DNA of 64,000 nt, taken from positions 123,132,001 to 123,196,000 of the forward strand of contig NC_135881.1 of NCBI RefSeq assembly GCF_964194155.1, read 5' to 3'. The position numbers and the translations under genes are program-made. This document shows, piece by piece, positions 53,701-62,266 of this stretch. Numbering within the stretch: the stretch's first letter is position 1; each line of letters begins with the position of its first letter. Below the pieces are notes generated by a model, which saw only the letters and a list, made by a program, of their open reading frames with translations, searched no databases and was not told the DNA's origin. Source of the DNA: Cetorhinus maximus. Lineage: Eukaryota.

Positions 53701-54440
53701 TCCGCTCTGCTCAATTTTGCGCCACCACATGAACACCACAGTTTAAACAGGCTTTTATCCAGATTTATCAGCAGCAGCAGCCACAGTGAATACTGGCTCC
53801 CCGCTGTGCTCCTGACAGCTGTACATTAACCTCTCCCAGGCAGCTCGCTCTTCCCAATCTCACCCTTGAAAATCAGATTCTCTCGCTCTGCTTCAACGAG
53901 CTTTGCAGCGAGTTAATTGGACGAGTGCAGGTTTGCCCCTCCCTCTCCCTGAAGACTGCAGCCTGTCACGGAGGCGTCGGAAGACACGCCACCCGAGAAT
54001 TTCAAAGCACGCCTGCGCCCGACCTCACAAGCGATTGAAAATCCAGCCCCATATGTCTATTGTTGTGCATTCACATGCCAGACATCAACTCAGATAAAGT
54101 AATGTGAGAGTTATTCTGCTTACCCACATTGACAGCGCACCACTGACATATATCAGACACCTTGGGGTCTTAAGAAAATTCAACACCAGACCTAGTGGGG
54201 GTGGGGAGGGGGGAAAGAACCAAGTCTTAAACCACAAGTAAAGCAATTAACTACTGGAGACTTAAAATTCCCCAAAGTCCACCAAACTAATGATCAACAT
54301 GTGGCTGGTCTTGTTAACAAATCTTAAATTGCTTGTAAGAATACTTGTGAAAACTACTCACCAAAAAGCCTTATTTGCAGATATTTTTTCCCCCTCCATT
54401 TATCTTCTTGACCAACACGGGTCCTTTTGCAGTCTGGCAT
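14349..54440 (-). CDS. SLC40A1: Ferroportin-family iron exporter (SLC40A1-like, probably a divergent paralog), 8 coding exons, 629 aa
   Basis: Spliced translation gives ferroportin motifs [71 protein letters not shown]. All introns are GT-AG. Exon sizes 79/68/160/116/127/264/723/353 sum to 1890 nt; exons 2-5 match the human SLC40A1 sizes I recall. Confidence 0.93.
15209..15860 (+). mobile_element. Harbinger-type MITE copy 2
   Basis: GGGCGGAATTTT...AAAATTTTGCCC TIRs; family homology. Confidence 0.85.
16951..17589 (+). mobile_element. Harbinger-type MITE copy 3
   Basis: GGGCAGAA TIRs, TAA TSD on both sides. Confidence 0.88.
19426..20401 (+). mobile_element. Solo-LTR-like sequence
   Basis: Ends CAAGTTTCC..CTGGGATTT...CATAACA like the LTRs ending at 30154 and 38031; AATAAA near 20225; 5' boundary uncertain. 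Confidence 0.6.
21057..21580 (+). mobile_element. Harbinger-type MITE copy 4 (3'-truncated)
   Basis: Family homology and 5' TIR. Confidence 0.8.
22030..22760. mobile_element. PLE-like remnant with short inverted ends and a hammerhead-like motif (22061-22100, minus strand)
   Basis: AACTTGAA..TGCTGAAAAG..CATGTTGCCAAAGC at 22035-22072 is the reverse complement of about 22718-22757. Confidence 0.55.
22338..22637 (+). mobile_element. Harbinger-type MITE copy 5 (truncated, nested)
   Basis: GGGCAGGATTTT terminus; family homology. Confidence 0.78.
23790..27120 (-). mobile_element. CR1 LINE ORF2 remnant interrupted by a MITE
   Basis: [31 protein letters not shown] motifs. Confidence 0.9.
24820..25518 (-). 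mobile_element. Harbinger-type MITE copy 6 nested in CR1
   Basis: Reverse family homology, AAATTCTGCCC end, TCT TSD. Confidence 0.85.
27728..28450 (-). CDS. SLC40A1: Ferroportin-like exon 7 (DAQQQ...AFDCITTGY...GVISARI)
   Basis: 723 nt open frame; TAG acceptor; AG|GTGAGT donor; D325/C326 region. Confidence 0.95.
28607..30154 (+). mobile_element. Gypsy 5' LTR (with nested MITE)
   Basis: TGT...CATAACA termini, homology to solo LTR 37277-38031, PBS immediately downstream. Confidence 0.8.
29193..29859 (-). mobile_element. Harbinger-type MITE copy 7 nested in LTR
   Basis: GGGCAGAAATTT...AAAATCCTGCCC; flanks TAT/TAC. Confidence 0.85.
30159..30176 (+). promoter_or_regulatory. Primer-binding site complementary to tRNA-Pro
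   Basis: TGGGGGCTCATCCGGGAT, 17/18 match to the canonical tRNA-Pro PBS TGGGGGCTCGTCCGGGAT, 4 nt after the LTR end. Confidence 0.88.
30290..32310 (+). pseudogene. Gypsy gag-protease remnant, frameshifted and truncated before RT/IN
   Basis: Coiled-coil E/K/R tract, [11 protein letters not shown] capsid-like motif, CCHC knuckle [14 protein letters not shown], protease IRDTGASQ and ILGN. Confidence 0.9.
32814..33077 (-). CDS. SLC40A1: Ferroportin-like exon 6 ([11 protein letters not shown]...PALAFKAG...TTSRK)
   Basis: 264 nt; TACAG acceptor; AAG|GTAAAA donor; RRIDQ motif. Confidence 0.94.
33930..34026 (+). mobile_element. Short PLE pseudo-LTR-derived fragment
   Basis: CTGAAGAAGAG..TTAACTCTGTTTCT..CAGATGCTGCCTGACCTGCT matches 11425-11520. 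Confidence 0.6.
34300..34830 (-). mobile_element. Degraded L2-like LINE endonuclease fragment
   Basis: [13 protein letters not shown]-like motif and LSDHF. Confidence 0.55.
36948..37074 (-). CDS. SLC40A1: Ferroportin-like exon 5 ([42 protein letters not shown])
   Basis: 127 nt; AG acceptor; CAG|GTAAGA donor; N144 and D157 motifs. Confidence 0.96.
37277..38031 (+). mobile_element. Solo LTR (Gypsy family)
   Basis: TGTTATGA...TCATAACA perfect terminal inverted ends, ATAC/ATAT 4-bp flanks, AATAAA near 37859. Confidence 0.85.
38530..38807 (+). pseudogene. Harbinger Myb/SANT-like DNA-binding protein exon remnant
   Basis: [19 protein letters not shown]...[33 protein letters not shown] followed by a GTGAGT donor. 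Confidence 0.75.
39195..39987 (-). mobile_element. Non-autonomous TIR element with G-rich core (relative of 47726-48777)
   Basis: Reverse similarity to 47880-48560; ends in AGTTACGGGCC. Confidence 0.5.
40121..40250 (+). mobile_element. Short PLE pseudo-LTR fragment with degenerate hammerhead
   Basis: CTGGAGAAGAGTCATACGAACTGGAAACGTTAACTG...AGACCTGCTGA. Confidence 0.7.
41730..42160 (-). mobile_element. RTE-type LINE remnant
   Basis: YLGS and [17 protein letters not shown] motifs. Confidence 0.6.
42308..42956 (+). mobile_element. Harbinger-type MITE copy 8
   Basis: TIRs, TCT TSD, family homology. Confidence 0.85.
43940..45299 (-). mobile_element. PIF/Harbinger element with degraded DDE transposase (about 43950-44820)
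   Basis: [45 protein letters not shown]-like (PG..HD) motifs; AAAATTCTGCC terminus shared with the MITEs. Confidence 0.85.
46594..46709 (-). CDS. SLC40A1: Ferroportin-like exon 4 ([39 protein letters not shown])
   Basis: 116 nt, absent from the ORF track; TTTTAG acceptor; GTGAGT donor; aligns to human VAQTSLVVQNVSVILCG...GWVLT. Confidence 0.95.
47726..48776 (+). mobile_element. Non-autonomous TIR element with C-rich degenerate tandem core
   Basis: GCCCAGATCTTC ... GAAGATCTGGGC TIR; CCGACTATCCC-like repeats at 47990-48540. Confidence 0.7.
48999..49158 (-). CDS. SLC40A1: Ferroportin-like exon 3 ([16 protein letters not shown]...[11 protein letters not shown])
   Basis: 160 nt; TTTCAG acceptor; AAG|GTAATA donor; D39/H43 motif. 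Confidence 0.96.
50950..51560 (-). mobile_element. LINE 3' fragment
   Basis: [28 protein letters not shown]. Confidence 0.8.
54124..54191 (-). CDS. SLC40A1: Ferroportin-like exon 2 ([23 protein letters not shown])
   Basis: 68 nt; pyrimidine tract plus CTAG acceptor; TGG|GTAAGC donor; aligns to human ...KFLLYLGHSLSTW. Confidence 0.9.
54362..54440 (-). CDS. SLC40A1: Ferroportin-like exon 1 coding part ([26 protein letters not shown]+G)
   Basis: ATG at 54440 with A at -3 and an in-frame TAA upstream; donor TTG|GTGAGT; phase 1 matches exon 2; 170-nt intron. No protein similarity supports it, so it is less certain than the other exons. Confidence 0.7.
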
Positions 54441-54706
54441 TCTGCAATGTAGTGCAGATTAGATCAGTCTGTAGCTTCTTGCACTGTGATAACCAAGCGG
54501 GACAGTTAGATGATCGGGACTTCTGTGAGGATGTAGGACTTTTGAATATACATTTGTGCAAATTATAAAACACAGTCCTCTGAAGCAATACGTTTAATAT
54601 CGGTTTGTTTCTTTGTAAAATGAAAATATTCTTACTCTTGTAGCCGAAGAATATTCCACACACTTATGCTTGTATTTTTCTTGGTTTTGCGCGTTGCGTT
54701 TCCTGA

Positions 54707-54780
54707 TGTGCACGTTTGTTAATTCACAGCAATTGACATAAATAACATAGATGCGACAGACCTGTAGTCAAGTGACGTGA
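54707..54780. promoter_or_regulatory. Candidate proximal promoter motifs: two ACGTG (HRE-core) sites, one within a CRE-like TGACGTGA
   Basis: CACGT at 54711-54715 and TGACGTGA at 54773-54780, in a locally CpG-retaining non-repeat stretch about 270-340 bp upstream of the ATG. Short motifs only. Confidence 0.25.
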
Positions 54781-57669
54781 TGTTGCTAAGACTTGCTTTA
54801 AAAGCAGAAAATCCCTATTGTTGTCGATGACACGAGACTAACACACTGGAAATCATATGACAGAACCAGTACAATCAGCCTCGAGAGCCCAGGGGGACAG
54901 TGAAGGGGGACAGTGAAGGGAATGCAGCTGAACATAGCAGTCACCCAGCATTTGACAAACTTAACAGTATTTGCATTCACCGTTATTTGTTATTACAAAA
55001 GGACAGACCAGTCCAGTACGAAAAACAATAAATGAAGAATGTTATAGAACATGCAGCAGTCAATCAAAAACGTGTTCAACCTTATTCTGAGTTGTAATTA
55101 ACCTTGGCTGAGTTGTAGCATTCTGACCTCTGAGGCAGAAGGTTGATATTTAAGCACCACTTGCGAACACCTTTTGATCACATCACTTTCCAGGGTGTGT
55201 TTATATCGTGATGTACATATTGCACTTGTGTGGGACAGGCTGGACAGACCAGTAAATATTTTCCTGTCTTTCATTACCTGTTATTTAAGTTGTTGTGCGA
55301 GATTAGGGAAATAAAATCCCCAACTCACACAAGCCTGCACACCATCTCATTCATAAATTAAGAGACAAACTCTTAAAAAATCAAGAGGTTTGGTATAAAA
55401 ATCACAGTTGCTATTTTGCCAAGCATAAACCAATATAGATTGATAGTTGGTTTATAAACGTCATTAGTGGCTTACTTAATCTTTAACTATTCAGAATGCC
55501 TTACAAAAACTATGGACTGGATTTAATTCAGCCTGTCATGGTGGGAAAAATGGCAGCTGGAACCACTTAATTGTGGGAGAGGCCCTGTTTCAGTCTTCTG
55601 GTGGAGGCAAAACCTCTCCTTCATTAAGTCAGACCATGGAAGAGACTGACATGAAATTCCCAGCCGCTGCCATCTGAATGTTAATTATGCTCATTAATGA
55701 GCCAACTCACATCCATTATTCCTGAGTCCGCAGCAATTTAATGGTGACTCAGGGGTTAAATGGAGGCCGCATAGCTTTCCGCTCCCTCAGAAGGTCACAA
55801 ACAGTGACCTCCTGGGGGCTCCCTCATAGTTAGGCACTCTGTGCCTAATCGAGGGACCCAGCATTGGGCAGGGGGGGGCCGATGAAAGCCATTCTTTCAT
55901 GAAAGCCCTTGCCTCCGATCATCCCCACTCCCACCTTCCCACAATCTCCAACTGCCTTCACTCACCTTTGGTCTGGGGTATCATGATGATCCTGGGTGTC
56001 TGGTGGGTGCATTGCCATCAGAAGCCACTGCTGTCGCGGGCCTCTGATTGGGAAGCAGTTTTCAACGTGTGGGACTCCCAACACCAGGGATCTCAATCAC
56101 AGAGAAGGCCCAATGGTGACCCCTTAAGGGCACTTGATTCCGTCAGACCTCCCCCATGGAACTGATCGTGGTTGCATCTGAAAACAAAAATTCTTTCAAA
56201 AAATCCTCACCATTTGTGCATTCTGACTCAACGTATTTGCTGGCTTAGTTTCTCTGTTTTATGGAGTTGGTAAATGGGGTGGATATATTGATAAATTGAG
56301 GCTGTTCTGCCTACAGTTTTACATCTGTTCTAGACAAAATATGCTTGCAAACAGTCAATTACAAATTACAACACCTCTAGAGGTATTGTATTTTGATTGA
56401 AGTTTTGTAGCCAAAAACTTCCAAAAATAAGGTAAGATGTGCTTTTCCTTGTTCACTAAATCTCTTTTCACGGTACTGCTATAGGTTCATTAATGTACTT
56501 TGGGTAGACTGTAAATAAAAGAGCAGATCTCATCTGACCTGACATTACACTCAGAACATAAATTATCTGAAACCCCAACTCCAGTGGGCTGGGCACTCAA
56601 ATTTGGCATATTTCCTTTATAATGCACTGTCAGCCCTCGAACACTCTGTAACTCACTCTTATCCCTCCAATAATCTGCACATGCCTTTCTTTGTTACCTC
56701 TAGACATGACTATTCCAATGCATTCCTGACTAGCCTCCCACATTCTACCCTCCATAAACTTGAGGTCATTCGAAACTCTATCACCTGTGTACTCTCAATT
56801 ACTCACACCAAGCCCCATTCTCCCATCACCCCTGTGCTTGCTGACTTATACTACTGTCAGTTAAGCAGTGCCTCAATTTTAAATTGGGAGGCAAGCCCAA
56901 ATATTGTATAACTCACTGCCAGCCCTCTATTACTCTCAATGTTGCAACTTACTGCTAGCACTCTATTACTCTATAACTCGCTCCCGGCCCTCTATGTGTA
57001 TGTGTGTAATAAATTCCCAAAATGAATTGAAATTCGATTCTTTCTATAGTGACTTCTTCTCCAGATTATTAGCACTTAATTCTGTGCACTCTTGGTACAA
57101 TTGCATTTCCAGAGTATGTGCTGCATTTTACAGATATACATAAAGAGCTTAAATAATGTCCCAGCAATGCTTATAACCCCTTACCTTAACCTGGTCCTGA
57201 ATGGAGGTGTCCAGGCTCTTCACTGCTGAGGAAGGGTATTGCGACCTGGAAAATGGGGACACAAGGTCCCAAATCTTTTAAGGGCTATAAAGTTTAGTGA
57301 AAGCAATTTACAGTGTTGCGTTCCTCTGCCACAAACACACTAGGGCAAAGTGCACTGAATATCATCACTTATCAATGTAATTGGCCAACACGTGCTGCAC
57401 AGAGATTGTTGCTGAGAGCAGCAGCACATGTTGCCTGATTATGGGGTCTTTGCAGGACATAGCAATCTATGAAAGGGGTATTTTTAGAATGCCTGTTCAA
57501 AACCCTGAGATTTCAGAGCCCTTCGTGAGATTGTAAGTGTCCCTTAATTTTACCCAGAAACCTATAGATAGCTCCAGCAATGCCCATTACAATCCATGTT
57601 TAATGCTGGAAAATAGTTAATAGCATAGGCAAGATAGAGAAATAAAACTAAATGAGTATGGGGTAACTT

Positions 57670-58370
57670 TTTTATTCATTCATCATGTGGATGTCGCTGG
57701 CAAGGTCAGAATTTATTGGCCATCCCTAATTGCCCTTTGTACGGTGATGGTGAGTGACCTTCTTGAACTGCTGCAGTCCATCTGGTGTAGATACACCTGC
57801 AGTGCTGTTAGGAAGGGAGTTCCAGGTTTTTGACCCAGAAGCAGTGAAGGAATGGCAATATAGTTCAAAGTCAGGATGGTGTGTTACTTGGATGGGAACT
57901 TACATGTTGGTGTTCCAATGCGTCTTTTTCACCTGTCAATCTAGGTGATAGAGGTCATTATGTGGAAGGTGCTGTCGAATGACCCTTGGCAAGTTGTTGC
58001 AATGCATCTTGCATTTGGTGCACACTGCAGCCAGTGTGTGTCAGTGGTGGAGGAGTGAATGTTTGAGGTGGTATATGGAGTGGTTCTTGAGTGTTGGAGC
58101 TATACTCATCCAGGCAACCAGACAGTGTTCCATCATACTTCTGACTTGTGCCTTGTAGATAGTGGGCAGACTTTGGGAAGTTAGGAGAGGAGTTACTCGC
58201 CGCAAGTTTCTGGTCAGTGATAATGGGGGATTCAGCAATGATAATGCCATTGAATGTCAAGAGGCAATGGTTAGATTCACTCTTGCTCAAGATGGTCATT
58301 GCCTGGCACTTCTGTGGCATATATGTTACTTGTCAGCCCAAGCCTGAATGTTATCCATGTCTTGCTGTGT
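57670..58370 (-). mobile_element. LINE 3' fragment (same family)
   Basis: TIYKAQVRSMMEHCLVAWMS; shared 3' tail. Confidence 0.8.
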
Positions 58371-58429
58371 GGGGGCTCCAAATGGTTTTGATTTTAGGCA
58401 TTTAAAAAAAAATGCTTTTCAAGTTAAAA

Positions 58430-59330
58430 AAACAGGTTAGTGATCCCTGCGCTTGGAGAATGAGTCAAACAATAGTAAATGGTATTTAACCTAGACATAT
58501 GCAGTGTGATGAACATAGATAGGACCAACAAAGAACATACTTAGCATTCTTACAGGGAGCATATTGAAAATAATTGCGAGAGAAAAGGATCTAGATATTG
58601 TGTACAGATCAGTCAAGGCTCACAACTAATGCACAGAAGCTATAACCAAATTGAATTGTATTAATAGATCTATTCAATACAAATTAAAGGACACAATTCT
58701 GTCCTTATGCAGGTCCTTAGATATACTGCACCTACTACTGCACCAATTTTTGAGCCCCTCACATGGTAGGTGATATTATGGCCATGTAAGAGGTTAAGAG
58801 AAGGGTTGCAATAATTATTCCTAGTTTAAGGAACCTTAGTTGTTCCGAAAGACTTAAAAAGCTGGGTCTATTTTAGAGAAGTGCAGATTCAGAAGAGACA
58901 TGACAGAGGTGTAGAAAATATTGATATGTTATTTTAGTTTGATGGACTGGGGAAGGCTTGTTCGTGCATTTGGATCTAAGACAATTTTTCTTTTCCCAGA
59001 GTAGTGAGACTCTCCAGCATCTTGCTGGCATGTGCAGTGACTTTTTGCAACTTCAAAAGGGAGCTGGACTACTTTTTGATTGAGACAGAGATCATATAAT
59101 TTAAAAGATAAGTAGATTAACAAACCAATGTGATTTCCTGAATTGGCTTGAATCGCAGGGTGGGGGAGGATGTTGTGAGAGAAGCGTAAAAAGGAATTTT
59201 CCATATTTTCTTTCCCTTATTGGTTCTGTTTATTTTCCCTTTTCCAGGACATTGTTTGGCTGCTGGGGTGGGGGTGGGGCATGTAAAATTGATGGATCAG
59301 CTGAGTCTTTTTTTATGCCCATTATTTCCA
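58430..59330 (+). mobile_element. Old CR1-like fragments
   Basis: EKDL..., ERLKKLGLF, RRDMTEV motifs. Confidence 0.5.
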
Positions 59331-60339
59331 TATATTCATCAAAAATGTAAAGCTTACACATATAGAGAAACATTCAATGGTAATTCACAAAAAATGCTAG
59401 AAGTAATAGATTTGTTTCAAGATCCATCAAATAGATATTCCACTTTATTAAGATCCACGCTGGTCACCATAGCATTCTGTTTCTTCAGACTTGGTCAAGA
59501 ACAAACAACAGGATTACTCACTATTGTTTGCTCTCATGTTAAGTCCACGCTAGCTACTTTTTGTCCTGTCAATGGTGAGGTAACCAAGCAATAGAGGAAA
59601 ACATACTGCATATTACCACCAAAGCACTGAATTCAGACAATTTCTTCTCCTAAATTGAAATTGGTACAAAGCAGCAATGTTAGGCAACAAAATCAAATTA
59701 TACCAACACACAGGATATGGCTATCAAGGAATTCTTATTTTAATGAAAAGCAGGAACATGCCTGTTTTCTCACCCAGCAATTGATGACTGATTAAAATTG
59801 TGGCTGTTAAATATAATTTCTGAGAGTGCATTTGTTAGGTTAATTAGAGAAAAGCAGACAATATCTTGTTTATTAGAAGAGCAGTTACACCCCCACAATC
59901 TTGTTACTTGTCAAGTGAATAGGACAGGTGTTTGTGAGCCTAGTGTTCTTGGGAACAAGTACTTGTTTTATGTGGATGGTACTAGGAATGATTAAACTTA
60001 TGCTACAATGGTTCAATCACAGTGAATCACAGAGAATTGTAGGCTTCCAAGCGTAGAGGTAATAGAACAATCTGCTGAAGAAGAGGAGGTACTTCACTAC
60101 ACTTACTGGATGTGTTTTCTATCCAAGGGACAAGTACTGGTAGTGTTATGGCCTTTTGTGCACAGTTTTTCAGAATGATCTCTATCCACGATATTAAATT
60201 GTTGTCTTTTGCAGATGTTGACACGCTACCACTTTTTAAATTGTGAATTTCTAGTGGTTATAGGTATACTATAACTTTTTATAATTATTCACATGTCCAC
60301 CATTTCCTCATTTTCATTGACAATATCACTGTTGCAAGT

Positions 60340-61940
60340 TTCCAAGGGGCAGGCATTGCCTCTGACCACCCTCTTTTTCCTTATGTAATTATAAAGCTGA
60401 TTTTGATGTCCCTTACACATTTCTCATCATATTCCCTTTTTGTAGCTCTAACTTTGTCACCCTTTGCTGTTCTTTGTATCTCACCCCTTTGCCTGGATCT
60501 GTGCTATTTATTGCATGCTGTTTCTTTTAGGTTTTCTCTTTAGTCATCCAAGACAGTCCCTTTTTTAAGCAAGTAGATCTCTTGCCCATTTGCGATATAA
60601 ACTGGCTCGAAATCACAATTTTTTTTTGCACTTCCCACTGATCTTCTGTCATTTTACCCAAATTTACCACAGGCAGTTTCTATCTCATGCCATTGAATCA
60701 GCCTTACCTAAACCTAGAATCTTCTAATATTTTGTGTTTTTCCTTTTCAAACACTGCATTAAACTTGAGCATATTATGATTGCTATTAGATAAATATTCA
60801 TGCACCAGTAAGCGGTTATTCATAATTAAGTTTAATATGGCATGGTCCCTTGTTGGTTCTAAGGCATACGGGAGAATTTTCTCCCCGTTAGGGGGGTTGT
60901 GTGGGGGCAGGCACGCAGCCGATCGGTGCCCTCGATTGGCTGGGTGCTGCCATTTTACGTGGGCGGGCCAATTAAGGCCCGTCCAGCGTGACGTGCGCCC
61001 GGAAGTGCTGAGCGCACCCTGTGTGCACGGGGGGCCTGCGCTCTTTCACGCATGCACAGAGCTGCCTCAGGGAGATTAGTTTCATGTATAAAACATTGAA
61101 TAAAGGGAGAAAAAAATTTTAAGGACATGTCCCCTCATGTGAAACTGTCAGATGAGCTGGGACATGTCTACTAAACGTTAATAAAAATTTTTCCAACACT
61201 TTAAAAACATTCACGAAACCTCATCCTGCCCGTGGATGAGGTTCCATGATAAATGCGAAGGCCGCCTGGGCTCTTCGCCTGCCCGCCAACCTTAAGGTTG
61301 GACGGGCAGCTCAGGTCAATGATTTAATTGATTGTTAAATGGCCTTATTGGCCTTTGACAGTTCGGCCAGCGGGCGCACAGCCGAGTTGGCTGCGCGCCC
61401 ATCAAACTGAAAATCTGAATGACATGCGGTGACGTCGGGACGCATGCCCGACGTCACCCCATGCCATTTTATGCCTCGGCAAGCGAGCCCCGGTCCCGCT
61501 TGCCGAGCCAAAAATTCTACCCATAATATAGCAGAAAACCTCTAGCCTAATCTCTGCTTTAATACATTCTGCCAATTCACAGCTGCTATGAAGGGGCCTA
61601 TACACAACTCCTACTATACAGTCTTAAATCCTTTTCTATTCTGTTATTCTACCCATAACATCTCATTTTATCCTCTCTTAACATTGAAGTGATTTCATCC
61701 TTAATCATTGAAGCTACTCCCCTTCCCTCAACCATTTTTCCTAACCATCTTGTAGACCTTATAACCTGGTACATTTCGTTTCCAGTCCTGACCATCTTGC
61801 AGCCATATCACAGTAATGGCTACCATGTCATACCCTCCAAATTAAATTTGGGCCTGCAATTCATTCAATTGGTTTCTTATACTCTGTGCATTTGGGACAC
61901 AGACCTTCACCTGGGCTGCTGCTCTAATGTTTTACGCAAA
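60340..61940 (-). mobile_element. Degraded CR1 endonuclease-region remnant interrupted by a MITE
   Basis: GVVYRPLHS and LRTNKGPCH/HNMLKF-like APE motifs on either side of the MITE. Confidence 0.5.
60869..61522 (+). mobile_element. Harbinger-type MITE copy 9
   Basis: TIRs, ATA TSD, family homology. Confidence 0.85.
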
Positions 61941-62156
61941 TGTTTTTTTTTTCTCTCCTGGTTTAATTACTTGACTTTTTAAAAAAAAATTTCTTCACCT
62001 GTGGTGTCTAAAGTACAACTCCTGACTGTTACTCGATTCGCTTCCCTTTCATTTGAATAGAAGCTTTTATTAATACTGCCTTTTCCACTTGATCCTAAGG
62101 TTCTAAAAGAGATAGCTGCAGAGACTGGATGAGAGAGACCGCAAGAGCAAAAGAGT

Positions 62157-62158
<2 letters not shown>

Positions 62159-62188
<30 letters not shown>
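62159..62188 (+). repeat. (GA)n microsatellite
   Basis: About 14 GA units. Confidence 0.9.
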
Positions 62189-62266
62189 ACACGAATGAGA
62201 ACTACTTGTCAGTTACTCTAAGAATCCTGACCAATCACTACATCATGTTACTTGCTAATTAATGAA

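Noticed and set aside
54362-54399. ATG at 54399 (MEGEKIS...) as the ferroportin start
   Set aside because: Gives phase 2 at the donor and hits a stop in exon 2; the ATG at 54440 gives the correct phase
54631-54663. Donor-like AAGA|GTAAG with ORF 54400-54663 as exon 1
   Set aside because: In-frame TAA just upstream and no ATG; could at most be a UTR exon
54475-54860. CAGTG motifs as IRE loops
   Set aside because: Flanks do not pair into the 5-bp stem with a C bulge
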